Source: Octopus vulgaris
Lineage: Eukaryota
Direction: 5' to 3'
Assembly: GCA_951406725.2 (NCBI GenBank)
Contig: OX597832.1
Coordinates: 10,912,001-10,976,000, forward strand
Length of the DNA: 64,000 nt
Numbering within the stretch: position 1 is the stretch's first letter; each line of letters opens with the position of its first letter. Both the position numbers and the translations under genes were made by a program. This document shows, one piece after another, positions 40,291 to 55,855 of this stretch. The notes beneath the pieces are model-generated. The model did not search any database. It was not told the origin of the DNA and saw only the letters and a list, made by a program, of their open reading frames with translations.

Positions 40291-41170
40291 GTATGTACAG
40301 TAAGAGAGTAAGAAGTATATAGCAACAATTCAGACTCTATAGCTCTATTGATTTCCTGGTGTAAGCAAAATTTATTATACGTATAATGATTTTAGTAAGT
40401 ATTTGTATTGTCATACAAGAGATTCACATTGCGGTCAGCAGAATAATTCAGAAAAAGAACATATATTATTAATACAATAACGACATTGTTCCATTTTTCT
40501 ATAATTTTCGTGGAATATATTTCAAATAGATAAATACTGAATGGTTTTGTAATATCTGAAAAGGATTCGACACATAGAAATTTGAAATCCCCTCTTGCAG
40601 TAAATTGGTTTTGTAAAACGAACAGAGTGATTTTAATGCGATTTTTAAGTATCGCTTGATAAATAATTAAGTTTTCGGTAGTCATTTTGTGGTTTCATTG
40701 AAATACTTTAGATTACAATTCATTGAAAAACAAAGAGATGCGACATTTTAATATACGCTTTATTTGTTACAGCAACCTGATTACATTACTTGATCTGTGT
40801 TAGATGTTGTTGCTGTCGCTGTTGTTGTTACTGATGTTGTTTCTCTTGTTTAACTCCTGTCAGATCTGATCCAGTAAACATATTATCAAAGACTACCCAT
40901 GCGTGTTTGCAACATCTTTCTTTCCTTCGTTCAGACTTCTTTGCCTGTTGGAACTACGTTATTCAATGTGACTTTCCAATTTTAAAGACGGTCGCGTGTA
41001 GTTTTGCGGGAAATTAGCTGCTATTTTTAACATTATTTGATAACGTCCTAGAGTTTCATTAATCATGTGTTGTTAAAATTTATGTCTTGTTTTATATCAT
41101 TGCAGATTCATGGAAAACGGCTATTTCCGTATTAAGACTGCAATATTTGTGCTCTATTCCTGTATATGCT

Positions 41171-41373
41171 CTACTCTTATACTTGTATCAGTCATTTGAC
41201 TGCGGCCATGCTGGAGCACCACATTTAATCGAGCAAATCAACCCCTTATTCTTTGTAAACATTATTCTTTCCAAGCCTTGTACTTATTCTGTTGGTCTCT
41301 TTTGCCGAACCGCTAAGTTACGGGGACATAAACACACCACCATCGGTTGTCAAGCGATGTTGGGGGACAGACA

Positions 41374-41444
<71 letters not shown>

Positions 41445-41449
41445 ATGTG

Positions 41450-41482
<33 letters not shown>

Positions 41483-41653
41483 GTAGGATGAGCTTCTTTC
41501 AGTTTTTCTCTACCAAATCCACTCACAAGGCTTTGGTTGGTTGGCTCGAGGCTAAAGTAGAAGACACTTGCCTAAGGTACCACGCAGTGGGACTGAACTC
41601 GGAACCATGTGGTTGGTAAGCAACCTACTTACTACACAGCCATTCCAGCGCCT
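41171..41653 (-). mobile_element. Main SINE family, full-length copy with long internal (CA)n(TA)n
   Basis: GTCATTTGACTGCGGCCATGCTGGAGCACC, TTTGCCGAACCGCTAAGTTACGGGGAC, CACGCAGTGGGACTGAACTCGGAACCATGTGG. Confidence 0.92.
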
Positions 41654-42061
41654 ACGGCAGAATTTCTTACGCGTCTTTCCATTCCAAATTCAAATCCTAT
41701 CGAAGTTGATCTTGTTTTTCTCTCAGCCTCGATGTGAGATAAATATGTAATGAAGTATTGAAGTTGATGTTATAAACAACCCTTAAAATTGCTTGCCTTG
41801 TACCGAAATTGGAATCAATTATAGTTGTTACTGAAGTTGTCCTTGCAGATTCAGTTGTGATAAAACCATAATTTTTGTCGAATTTATTTTATCAGAAATT
41901 CTTACGTTCATTATATAATGCCATCCAACAACTTCCCTCTCTGGTGTGTGTCTCCCTGGTTGACCATAACTTTCTTGCGTTTCCGAAGACTGTATTTCCC
42001 GATCACTATAATGAATGGTACTTCCGAGTTCTTTAATCTAAATAATATTTTTAGTAGTATC

Positions 42062-42074
42062 AATTACATTATTA

Positions 42075-42126
<52 letters not shown>

Positions 42127-42240
42127 CATAATCATCATCATCGTTATCATCAACATTCTTATCCCGCCGATCATCATCTTCATCATGACCCCGGTGTTTG
42201 CTGTTGTTACAATTGCTAAGAGTATTGTTATCGTCATTAC

Positions 42241-42280
<40 letters not shown>

Positions 42281-42282
42281 TT
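42062..42282. repeat. (ATT)n/(ATC)n trinucleotide tracts
   Basis: Directly visible; gives poly-I and poly-N ORFs. Confidence 0.93.
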
Positions 42283-43459
42283 TATTGAGCATTACATCTC
42301 CAGCATTTCTGGGGTTATCTACTTCTGTTTAGTATTTATTCTTGTTTATTAACCTTTACGTTATCGATTGCTGTTTTTTATGGCTATTTCCTGTTCTAAT
42401 GTTATTGTCCTTATTATTGTAACTCTTTGCCATAACAGAGTTTGAAGTGTTTGCTATTGGTTGCTATCGTTTCAGATAGTGTTGATGCTTTGTATTTCTT
42501 CTTTTTTTTATCTGTTATAATTGTTAACATTTTGTGTATTTTTGTATATTTACTACGATTATGTATTTGATCACTGTCTCTATAATTTCCTATTGTCATA
42601 TTTTTTCGCTTTCTTTCTGTTTTTTTTTTTACGAAACCGCAATTGTGTATACTCATAGAGTTAGAAGATATTCCCAGTCACAGAGAGAACTATCTTCCTT
42701 GGTGTTGTTTTCAAACGTTCTTTTTTAAAACTGATTACGATTGATCGATATAATTCATTTCACTTTTATTTTTGTTCACATTATGAAACAACAAGATGGC
42801 TGTGGAGAGCAGAGAATCACTAGAATGATAGCCTCCATGCCTTGTTTCAGTTCATCGCTTCTTTTATGATCTAATTTTAAATTTTGCTGGGTGGATAACT
42901 GCGACTTCCGTCATTCTTCACTCAATTATATGTTAATCATGTAAATTGATAAAACGTATCTCTTAATTTTTTAGAGCATTATAAATTCAGGATAAACGAG
43001 GGAGAGTGAATATCAGTACCGAGACAGCCATTTCCTTCAACTTCCATTGTATATTGTCTTTGTTTGCTTCCTAAGTCTTGCTGAATTTCTTTCGGATCTT
43101 TAATTCTTGAGTTCAAATCATGCTGGGCGTAGATTTTCCGTTTCATACTATCTAGTCACATTTTGGCATTTGATTACGAACGATCACTTTATTGACTTCG
43201 ATTACCGTCTATCTTTTCAATAAAATGAACAATTAATCAAGATAACATCGGTCTTTATGTTTGTAATTGTCCTTCACGATAAATATTCACCCTGTTCTAG
43301 CTACGCCAATGATAGACAAGCATTACACAGCATCCAGCAAAATTATCAGAATTTTTGACAAAATTACTTTCATATCGTGTCAATGCCATTTATATTCTGG
43401 GTTAGCGTTTGTCTATCATCTTTCTTAGGTTGACAGAATAAATCGACTCTCAAGTAGTT

Positions 43460-43702
43460 TTGTGGAATTCGAGACATATTACTATTCTTTCTTTAGATGG
43501 TGATTTTAACTTGCTAGAGAATACTGAAATCCTTGACATAAATCCTTCCATTTATTTTAAATATTTTTTATTCCTACTCGATTCGAATGAATTCAGAGTA
43601 GCTGGTTCTCAGAATGAATTGACATGGAGAGAGAGATTGGGAGAGAGAGAGCCAGATCCAAGCAAGTCTTTCGTAGACACAGTAATAATTGCGAAAATGT
43701 AA
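43460..43702 (+). pseudogene. Possible decayed APE endonuclease fragment of a LINE
   Basis: ORF has ILSLDGDFN...TWR...SFVDTVII, the order of the GDFN, TW and S.ID motifs of L1/Tx1-type endonucleases; short and isolated. Confidence 0.35.
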
Positions 43703-45284
43703 ACGACAAAGTAAAAATTCGAACGTAAAATCAGTGTCAATCACTTCATTTTCAGGTTATTCTGAAACAACTAGTTCACAAAATCTGAGTTTGTCAAAGT
43801 GATAGCAAAATTTTCACTAATATATGTGTACATATATTAACACACATATATATGTTGTATGTATATTATATTACTTTTCTGCTTATATTAGTATGATAAC
43901 CTGTATAACATAAATGGATGCTCCATGTAGTAACGTGGCATCTTAGAAATGCAAAGCAATCTGCATATATTCACCTTCCACTGTTTTGAAATTGGGAAAT
44001 CTCCATTTTCTCTATTCTAGTATTGTTCAACACAAAAACACAATTTTTTCATATTGAGAATATAGATGGTTATAACTTGCTCATATAGGGTTGGGTTATG
44101 CTAACTTATGCATAATAAAACCGATGAATACACAGAGAAATAACTTTACATTTTAAAGAAGTCGCAATTTTACCGTGAAATTGAATATTGTATTAAATCT
44201 CATATACAGATCCAAATGAATTCTAGCAGTTCATAAGAAAATCCGTAAACCAGGATGGTAAAAACCGATTACTATATTCAAATTAATATACAACAATAAT
44301 CTACTTGTAACGATATGTGCCCTGCTTCACTTTAATATTCGTTTCTCAGAACATATATGAAAAATGCGTATACGAACGTCAAATCAACACACAATCACGC
44401 ATACATGCGCATACAAACATAAAAATATGTGTGTGTTTCATTCGTAAAATATATGTTTCTAATGAATTTCATTGAGATTTTAAATGAATTTAATTTCAAA
44501 GAAATAGATACAAACAACAAGATAGTTTTCAATATAGTTGGATAAATACGTTATTGAAGTAAAATAAACAAAGAGAAAACAACTTCAAAATTTCATTTGT
44601 GTTTGTAATGTATTGATTTTTACTAAAGAGATTCAGAGTTAAGTAATACTTTCAGAGAAAACAACATGAAATTAAACGAAAGTCGTGTATAAACTAAACG
44701 GAAAACACTATTCATTATGTATTTTTTCGATCAAAAACAGTTTCAATATGAGACTGGTTTTGATGGAGAAACTAAAGATATTTCACTGTACAGTCATTGT
44801 TGAATAGCTCAAATATAATTTGAAGCCATATTTTAACACTTCTGTTTTTTTTTTGGTAGCATTCATACAATTCTTTTATCCTTGTTATGTAAACAAATAG
44901 TCTCTATAGTTTCGTATCAATGATCTTATGTACGTATGTGTGCAAGTAAGTTTAACCATACGTATGTACACGCACACACCACACATACATATATGTATAT
45001 CTTTCTCCATCACACATATATATATACAACCAAGTTTGTATGTGTATGTATACGTGTATGTAAGTATGCATATTTTTTTTCAATTTATATTCAGTTTTAC
45101 TTGTGAAAGTAACAACGTAACAGGTCATGTCTTTATAAACGAAAGACTCAATAATATAAAAGACATCGTTGCTTGTTTAAACACTTTGAAATATCAGCTG
45201 GCAAAAGGAACATCAGATAAACATAGAAAGACAAATATTGCTAAGAATTATTCAAGGTTCAATTGTTGATATTGTTTCATTCGT

Positions 45285-45305
45285 TCATATGAATGTATGT
45301 ATGTA

Positions 45306-45347
<42 letters not shown>

Positions 45348-45372
45348 CATACACACATATACATACATATGA

Positions 45373-45411
<39 letters not shown>

Positions 45412-45598
45412 CGTATATATATATATATATATATGTATATATGTTTATGTATGTATATATTTATGCATACATATAAATATATATTTGTGTATATCATTAT
45501 ATATGTGAGTGTGTATGTATGTATATATATATATACATACATACATACATACATACAAACATATATATATATATATGTATGTATATATGTATGTATGA
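45285..45598. repeat. Compound (TA)n/(TATG)n microsatellite
   Basis: Directly visible. Confidence 0.93.
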
Positions 45599-45814
45599 CT
45601 GTTCTTTGTTGCTTTTGGTTTCTTTACTTTGTCTTGTACAAACAGTGAAAATCCTGTTACAAATATCGGTCTACTAGGCAGAAAAAGGATTAAAATATAT
45701 TTGGTATCACTGCTGTAGAAACAAGATGATGTAAATAAACAAAATAATGGAAAAAAAAAGTAAAGAAATATTATTTTCAATGTAACATATAATCAATATT
45801 CCTCTACTGCGAAA

Positions 45815-46100
45815 TCTACATCATCAAAATCATCATCAACGAAATTTTCATCATGTACATCATCATGATCATCATAGTCAACACTTCCATCATCATTTCC
45901 TCGTTATCATCTTCATCATGACCATCATCATCAATATCATTAAAATTCATGATCATCTTGATCATCATGAACCTGGCCATAATGATGATGATCAACACCG
46001 TCGTCGTCGTAGGCTACGTCGATATGTTCCCCATCAAATCGTCACCGTCTTCATCGTAGTCGTCGTGGCCGTCGTCATCATCACCACCACGAAGAAAAGC
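45815..46100. repeat. Degenerate (CAT)n/(CGT)n trinucleotide region
   Basis: Directly visible. Confidence 0.85.
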
Positions 46101-47023
46101 AAAGTCTCCACCACCACTATACTGTTTTGGTATTTATCAGTAGTATCACTGACTACTTTACACTCATCATACGCTTCATTATCAAACGACGTAACATCGA
46201 TATCTTTCTCATCAACCTTATCCCCATATCTATCCTATTCATCCTATTTAATACGACCGTCAACATAATGCCTTTTATGTATTGTTTGCAATTTATATTT
46301 ATGAATTTCGTTTTATCATCCACATTTTAATATCACTTCAATTCTTCTCTTCGTCCTTTCTATCATGAACATCCCTTTTCTCGTACATATACACCCACGC
46401 GCACAAATTTACATCACAGAAGCACAAATATTCGTTATTATAAACATTTACTGATATACATACATGGTATGTATGTGGACTCTTAATATGCTAAAGATAG
46501 ACGTCAAATCGCCTTACCACGAAGATTGTGTTCTGAAGAAAAATTTCAGCAAAACTCCAGAATGTAAAAATGAGCCTATGTAGATATGTGTGTGAATATA
46601 TATATATATATATATATATATAAACATACATTCACACACATTCATACATAAGCGTACATTTGTGTGACTGTTTGTGTGTGTTTGTGGATATATGAACGTA
46701 TATTTATAGCTTTTTCTAGCGTCTGTTGCAAGTAAGCAAAAAAAAATGTTCCCATACCTCTAAATATAACAGTTTATTTATATGCTTGGGTATTTTCTCC
46801 AAATTTTCAAATCTTTATGCCACTCACGCAACAACATGCCTAGAATATGTTCTACGTATTGATATATATATATTGATATATATATATATATATTGATATA
46901 TATATATATATTGATATATATATATTGATATATATATATTTTGAAAATATATATATATGGGGTCGAAATAGAAACCAAACCAGACGTCTAGACGCAACTC
47001 CACTTTTTAACTTCAAAAATTTA

Positions 47024-47025
<2 letters not shown>

Positions 47026-47108
<83 letters not shown>

Positions 47109-47145
47109 ATATATATATATATATATATATAGATATATATAGATA

Positions 47146-47183
<38 letters not shown>

Positions 47184-47227
47184 ATATATATATATATATA
47201 TATATTGATATATATATATATATATAT

Positions 47228-47262
<35 letters not shown>

Positions 47263-47702
47263 TATATATATTGATATATATATATATATATAGATATATA
47301 TATTGATATATATATAGATATATATATTGATATATATATAGATATATATATTGATATATATATAGATATATATATATGATATATATATATATATATAGAT
47401 ATATATATTGATATATATATAGATATATATATTGATATATATATAGATATATATATTGATATATATATAGATATATATATATTGATATATATATAGATAT
47501 ATATATATTGATAATATATATATATATATATATATTGATATATATAATATATATATAGATATATATATATTGATAATATATATATATATATATATATAGA
47601 TATATATTGATATATATATATATATATATATATATGATATATATATATAGATATATATATATATATATATATATATAGATATATATATATTGATATATAT
47701 AT

Positions 47703-47745
<43 letters not shown>

Positions 47746-48042
47746 ATATATATAGATATATATATATATATATATAGATATATATATATATATATTGATA
47801 TATATATAGATATATATATATGATATATATATAGATATATATATATTGATATATATATATATATATATAGATATATATGATATATATATATATATATATA
47901 TTGATATATATAGATATATATATATATATAGATATATTGATATATATATATATTGATATATATATATATGATATAATATATATATATATAGATATATTGA
48001 TATATATATATGATATATATTGATATATATATATATATATAT

Positions 48043-48079
<37 letters not shown>

Positions 48080-48100
48080 TATATATATATATATATATAG

Positions 48101-48155
<55 letters not shown>

Positions 48156-48170
48156 CACATATATATATAC

Positions 48171-48205
<35 letters not shown>

Positions 48206-48284
48206 TTGATATATATATATATATATATAAACATATATATATACATACACACATATATATATATATATAAACATATATATATAC

Positions 48285-48319
<35 letters not shown>

Positions 48320-48362
48320 CATATATATAACATACATATATATATATATATACATGTATATA
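47026..48362. repeat. ~1.3-kb (TA)n-derived array punctuated by TTGA/TAGA/ATGA
   Basis: Directly visible; source of the 479, 444 and 393 aa YIYI ORFs. Confidence 0.97.
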
Positions 48363-49787
48363 TGTGTCTCTCAAATTATTCCCAATGTTCTTGTATGTAC
48401 ATAGAAACACACACATATGCACCGATACACCTGCATACGCAAACACATGCACACAAGTTCACACACGCACACATTGTCACACAAGCACATACATAGATAC
48501 ATAGATACGTTTGTATTTATAGATATATAGAAGGTTTAGCTGACTGAAAATTCGAAATTGCTGTCAACAAGAATCTTGTGAGAGAATAATAAATATGTAT
48601 TCTAAGTAACACAGCAGATTACTGTAAAATTGTTTTTATGATAACTGAACATAGAAATAAACATTAACATGTTTGAGCGCTTGTGTGCAAGCGCGAGTGT
48701 CTACATACATGTATGTATGCGTGAATATATGTATGCTGTTCTAAGCGTATCTGCATATCGATTATTGTGTAAGTTAGAAAATGCAAATGTTATTTCTACT
48801 CAAAAGTATGCAGTTGTTCAAAGGTGGTATTCGAGAACGCTCCAGTTTAGCATTCCATGACGTTCCACTTTGGTGCAGCATCTAGTGCCTATTGACAATG
48901 ACTACGATAAAACAAGCATGATGATAATATTTGGGCGAAAAACGTAAATGGGAAGCACAATTCCGTTGAGAGCGAAATCTAGTTGAGGTGGGGGCTAATA
49001 ATGATTATTGTTCTCATAAATTATATAACAGAAAATGAGAATAAAAAACACAGCATGTATTATTTGTACAATATCATTCAATACGTTTTAATACAATTGT
49101 TGGGCGTATTTATTGAAGAGGTTTATTGAAGCTACTTGTTGTTATAAATAGTAAGCAGAAATATTTGACGTTCCTTGGTTAACATTGTGAATAAGACTTA
49201 TATGATCTCTACTCACACCCTATTTATATTGCTTCATCGGTGCATTTTGAACGGGTTTAAGAGTACTTTCTTGAAGAATTCCTGTAGTAAATTTGATTAA
49301 AATTATTAATGTCCTTTATCTGCTTTCATCGCAATGCATTTCAAACGTATTTTTATTGTTCAGATAAACGACTAATTTCTAAACCGACTACTAGAATATA
49401 CATACGGAAGATTAGTATCTTGTTTAGTTTGCAGCAAAGAAAATAGAATCGTGTACACAATTTAAATGACAAATGTTGTCTATTTGCCTGTCTGTTCTCA
49501 AGTAATTTTACTAACCGCTTTTCTTGTAACACTAAAATGGAATGAATATACATCAAAATAAACACTTGACTGGAAAAATTTATTTAGATGATGTCTCGCC
49601 TGGACCTGCTTTACACGACTGGAGTATATATATATAATGTTTCATTTTTTGCAGCTGAGAGGAATTAGATGGAGAGAAACTACATATATGATCGGGAAAA
49701 TTATAGACACTATTTCAAGAGTTACAGCTTTGCTACCCACAAACTATGGTGTATCATTCTGCATGTAAATTTAAATATAAACGTATG

Positions 49788-49963
49788 AAAGTGGCTGTGT
49801 GGTAAGTAGCTTCCTTACCAACCACACGGCTCCGGATTCAATGACCGATAGGATAAGTACTAAGCTTACAAAGAATAAGTGCTGGGGTCGATTTGCTCGA
49901 CTAAAAGACGGTACACCAGCAATCAAATGACTTAAACAAGTAAAATAATAAAGAGTAAAAGAG
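49788..49963 (+). mobile_element. Main SINE family, internally deleted copy (head fused to 3' domain)
   Basis: GTGGCTGTGTGGTAAGTAGCTT...CCGGATTCA joins directly to GACCGATAGGATAAGTACT...GAGTAAAAGAG. Confidence 0.85.
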
Positions 49964-50141
49964 TATATATATATATGTGTGTGTGTGTAAAGAGGCACAA
50001 AGAGAGACAGAGAGGAAGGGGAAGAGAGAAAAAACTATAGATAGATAAATATGTAGGTATTCAATTTCCATAAAGTATGTGTATATACATGTATATATAC
50101 AAATACATATCCCACTCTCTTTACTCCCACTGTACACACAT

Positions 50142-50182
<41 letters not shown>

Positions 50183-50199
50183 AAGAGTAGTGAATGAAA

Positions 50200-50235
50200 A
50201 TCAGAGAGAGAGCGAGACAGACAGACAGACAAGCT

Positions 50236-50268
<33 letters not shown>

Positions 50269-50308
50269 GTAGGTAGGTAGGTAGGTAGGTAGGTAGGTAG
50301 GTAGGTAG
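50200..50308. repeat. (AG)n-(GACA)n-(GATA)n-(GGTA)n tetranucleotide series
   Basis: Directly visible. Confidence 0.95.
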
Positions 50309-53300
50309 AAATATAACAAAGAGATGTACATCTACATGTTGCTATTTTCAACATTTTTGGTATATATATTTAAAATATGTTCTAAATCGTATACTAATAT
50401 TGAACATTTTATTCTCTGTTGTGGACGTACAAGTATGCATTTCTACATTCATATATGTTTGTGATTATATGTGTGCGTGCGTGTGTGTGTGTGTGTGTGT
50501 GTGTGTTTGGTGGTAGTCAGCTCTATTTTGAGAATAATGGTTAATTAATGAACTTCAAAGAGTAGTCTGCTGTTAGCTTAGTTTACGATCTGTGGCTTTT
50601 CCAAAAACTATCTCTTAAATCTCTCTCTTGAGTTACATGCAATATAGAATAATGTCATTTACCATTGTTTACATACATTTGTCTCTCCCGATCAATAATA
50701 AAACAACATATTTTTTATATAATTTTCAATCACATGCCGTTATAGTCGGCCAAAATGTATCATTATATGATATTGGTTAATGTAGTGCTACTGGCAGTCA
50801 TGACCAACCTCGATTGTATGAAATTTGAGAATCAGAATTCGACAAGTCTCTCATGTGCAAATCTGGCTTTAGATCTTCTGTCCAAATAACTACTTTCAAT
50901 CAGACATTATTTATGCTGCGCACTTGCTTACTGCCTTGATCTAAGTAATTAGTGCATGTTATTCAATATTCGGTTTGCTGCTTTTTTTCTTTCTTTCTTT
51001 CTTTATTCATTTCTTCGTTTCCTTCTTTGTTTTCTTAATTTTGGGCCTACTCTGTTTATTTAGTCCAAAAATACAAATATAGGTGTGTTTATGAAGTATT
51101 CTTCAACAGAAGTGATATTGACAGAAATGCCATCACGTGGCCGACATAGTGGTTCTAAGTCTATTTATTTTCCAAACCCCAAAGGTTAAAATGTTGTCTT
51201 TATATAACGAGGAGATTTAAAAAAAGAAATAAACGAAATTTTAAATATATTCGCTTGCATATAAACAAATGTTTTAACTTTAAAGAATATTTTTCCTTTC
51301 GTAATAATGTACATGTGCTTGCTAAACATACTACGTATAGGGGGGGATTTGTGAGTTTAGATGTTTGTATGTGGTATGCAGAGAAAGGAATTTGACATTT
51401 CCATCATACACATCATACACTTCGGCAAAGTAAGAAATATTTATTTTAATTAATTAGGTTAGGGAATTTCTGAAGCCTTGCTACAAATTAATGGTTATAA
51501 GGAGTAAATTTTGTCGATGTGAATTGTGAAAAACTAAGGAAAATAATATAATGATAAAGGCAACTAGTGGCCAAAAGACGTTATTTAATTCCAGTAGTGG
51601 AGAAATACGTGAGAATAGAGAGAACAATGTTTTGACAAAAAATTCTGTTAGTAGGTCAGAAAATTGAATGACATTTTGACAATAAATAATACATATGATT
51701 TTGATCAGAATCTCTTGGCATTCTCATAAACAAGTCAGCGTGTGCAATAATAAAATGCACTTAAGATTTTCGTTTATAGATAATAAGATTAACTGAAAAA
51801 AATGTAATTATCATGTTAGTACATGTTGGAAGGGTGCATGGGAGAAGTTTTCCAGATGCGTTGTGAACCAGTTAAAGTAAGGGATGGTGGTTTCACAGTT
51901 GTCATACTTGCAGTATCCAATATGTCATTATATTACAAGTTCTTCGCAAACAAGTGGTATGCATTGGAAATAAATTAGCCTGTAGTCCAGAACTCCTTAA
52001 TCTAAAATTATGATAAACTGACAGGTTAACTCTGGTAAGACTGAGATTATGATATTTTTAAACACAAAAAGATTTCTTTGGAAATCAGATTCTATTTTGT
52101 TATGTAATGTTTTAGTAAAAATGATGGACGTCAATATTTTCAATATAGATTTACAAACGAATTCATCGGGGAAAAAGCTTTAGTTATTGGACATAACATG
52201 CCATTAATTGCTATTTTGGATGTTATATAACAATGAATAGAATGTATCATATGTCTGACACTTACTTGACGGAGCTCTAATGTTGGGTGTAGTAATACAT
52301 TACTCTAGAATGTGAAATAAATATACAAGTTATTATAGTGTAAAGAACACTTTCCTTTTTTTCTATAGTTACCATTCAAATCAGGGAAAACTCTATGCAG
52401 CCGGTTGATTTAATGGCAGTATATATCTGTCGAATTTCACATTAAAATCTTAAATAAGGAAGGAAACATGCGACAAAATATAACAAGATATTTATAAATA
52501 GTCAGGAGTATCGTGATTTGCATTTATTTATAGGATAAGTTTTCCTAATCAGATCTAACTCAGGATTAAACAATATAGTTACGTAACCACCGGCACCAAC
52601 AACGGCAACGCTGAAATTGAACATCAAATGTTACCTAACTTCACTTAACTTTCATAGAAATGTAAAAACTCATACATGAATAGGAATCTATAATATGATA
52701 TTTATGAATATGTTCAATGGGTGTTCATTAGGTTAGATGGATTTCTCTGTGAATTATGTCTGTGAGTCGGAAGTTTTATTACAATTTAGTTCCAGAAAAC
52801 ATTAATGTTATAGAGAAAGATATGAATACGAAATCATTGAATATTCACTTGTTTATAAATGTGATCACGTGTTCCTTATCAAAAGGTATTTGCAAATACG
52901 GTGCGTCTCAAACTACACATACACAAATACGCATAAGACAGACACGCAATCACATACACGTGAGAAAATACAATTGTGTCTGAGTATGTGTGTGTATGTG
53001 TATATTTCTCTGTGTGTCCAGCGTTTATATTCAAAAGAAGAATGAACGAATGAACGATGAACAATTTATTAAGTGAATGCTTCTTTAGAAGAATTTGCAA
53101 GTCAAGAAATTCGATTATACGATGTAGAACAATTCCTAGACTACTGTCTTCAAAACAAAGGATAAATAATATCTGTAGAAAATTACCTTTGATAAAAGAT
53201 CAAATCAAGTCGGTAAAAGTTGATATTAATACACGAATATGAAAAACCTTTGTAATATATTTCACATAATGAGATTATTTCCTCTGAACATTAGTTTGCA

Positions 53301-53529
53301 GCTGAATTGCATCCAAATACGTTGGAATATCAGAGAGGGAAAGTAAATTTACCAGAACTATAGAATATACAGAAAATTATTTAAAACCCAACACAATAAT
53401 CAAGCTGAGCACGTTGTAATTTACATAGACTGACTTTAAGATCATATTTAAAACTTCAGTCAACACAAAATCGTTGTTTTGTGAAAAAAGACATAAACAA
53501 GTGTGTGTGAGCGTGTGACTGTACTCAAA

Positions 53530-53568
53530 CACACGCATACATATATGTATATATATACATACATACAT

Positions 53569-53605
<37 letters not shown>

Positions 53606-53748
53606 TGAGTGCATGTGCGCCCGTACACTTATGTTTACATTTATATGTATACATATACAAATATATCTATACGCACACACATATATATATACATATGCAT
53701 ATATATATGCACACACACATGTATATATATACACATATATATATATAC

Positions 53749-53793
<45 letters not shown>

Positions 53794-53870
53794 GATAGAT
53801 AGATATTTGATAAATACATGGATAAATAGATAGATGGATAGATAGATAGAAAGATCGATATATAGATATA
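53530..53870. repeat. Compound (TA)n/(CA)n/(GATA)n microsatellite
   Basis: Directly visible. Confidence 0.9.
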
Positions 53871-55461
53871 TAAATATAGCTATATATATGTTTATATGTG
53901 TGAATGTCAGTGCTCCTGTATATGTTACCTGTATATGAATATACGCATGTATGAATGTATGTAATAACATGCATGAACATCATCGTAACAGTCAGTAATC
54001 ATGCATCCAGTAATATTTTATTTCCTGTTCACAAAGCATTATTTCTCTCATCTTCATATATATTAGATTTACGAACGAATATTCAACTGAAAGCATTGCG
54101 AAGCTTGAATCAGGAATCTTACCCGACAAAAATATGTCAATATCCATTTAGAAACTTTAGAATTAAGCATAAATCTTTATCACAAATAAATCTCTCCCAA
54201 CTTTGCTTTCAAACGTATTAAAAAGAAATAAAAAATAACGTGTCAACCTGACATATTTTGCTTCATTTCATATCAATCTATATTTAACATTTCAGCATTC
54301 CATGGTAAATTCTCTCAGGTGCAACGCACAACTGGCGTATTTTATTTTTCTTACTAGGTGAAGATTGCATTAAAATGTTTCCTGAATACAGTATATTTAA
54401 TGTCACGGAAGGAAAAAATATTCTGGAATCTTCGATAATATGCATTCTAACAAAAAAATACATATATATCATTTCCTGAACTAATCCTCATATATTACTT
54501 GGAAAGCATCTCAGAATATGCATATTAATCTGATATGTAAATAGACTTGAAGCGGAAATAGGGATACAAACAGCCAAACACCATAGGTTATATGATGTGG
54601 AAATATTTAATATTTTAGCCTTTTATGCACGAATGTTTTGAAATACACTCATATCAAATATTAGAAACTATGTACAGAAAGTTTTTGTCTTACAGAGAAA
54701 ATGTATTCGTTATTTTCTAAATTAGTTTTTTTTTCAAAAGAAATATACGAGACCTGATTGATCAGAATTGTGCCTAAGGTAACAAGTAAACATATCTTCG
54801 CGAGATAAACGGGAAGCTGAAAGAGTAGCAACATTTCCCGCACATCCTATATTAATATGTTGCCATCTGAAGTATATATCAAAATTATAATCATATATCA
54901 TCAGCATTTGCCTGTCAGTGTTAATAAATTAAGTCCATTGAATTTATGAAATTTAAAATGAATGTCTATATCTCTTCATTACTGTAAGCATACCCGATTC
55001 ATAAATGCAGGTAAAGAACACGAAGAATGTATGTATATGGCTACATGTGTGTGTATGTATATACGTAACCTGCGTAGTAGATTTATAAAAGCAGGACTAA
55101 TTTAGATATTTCTCTATTGACTGAAAAAAATACCAAATGATCTCTATCGATTTTCGATTCTAATTAGAATCTTATCAGAGGCAGCTACACTAAGTTGAAC
55201 AATACGACTGAGAAAGGCTGAGAGTCTCTTCATATACTCAAATATTTCAGTAGGTACAGAAAACTAGGGTTAGCTATGCGTTAAGACATTATTTAGTACC
55301 CAGGGCCTGCCAACGGGGATCTCAGCCCACAGCGTATCAGTGTAATGTATATTATATATAAATTTATATAGTAGATGAATGAACTGGACTATTTCTTAAT
55401 GGATTCTGGATCCTTACTGCATTCTCAATAAATCAATGTGAGTGTATGTGTTTGAGGGGGG

Positions 55462-55820
55462 AAGCTTGCTACCCTACCACATGGTCCCGCCTTCAGCTCC
55501 ATTGAGAGGTACATTGGGCAAGTGTCTTCTACTGTAGCTTCGGCCCGACCAATGCTTTATGATTTGGTAGACGGAAACTGAAACAAGACAGTCCTGATCT
55601 TTGTGAGTGTGTCTTTGTGTCTGTGTTTGCCATCCACCCCCATCAGCATTTGACCACCTATGCTGGAGGGCTTACGTCCCCGTAACTTAGCAGTTTTGCA
55701 AAAGATAATGATAGAATACATACTAGGCTTACAAAGAATGTCATGAATTCGATTGCTTCGACCAAAAATCATTTAAAACGGTGCTCCAGCTTGACCATAC
55801 TCAAAATAACTTAAACAAAA
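55462..55820 (+). mobile_element. Main SINE family, older diverged copy
   Basis: CCACATGGTCCC...TTGGGCAAGTGTCTTCTACT...GATTTGGTAGACGGAAACTGAAA...TTACGTCCCCGTAACTTAGC...GGTGCTCCAGC. Confidence 0.85.
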
Positions 55821-55855
55821 CATATGCATATTTTTATATATTCATCGCATTTGAA

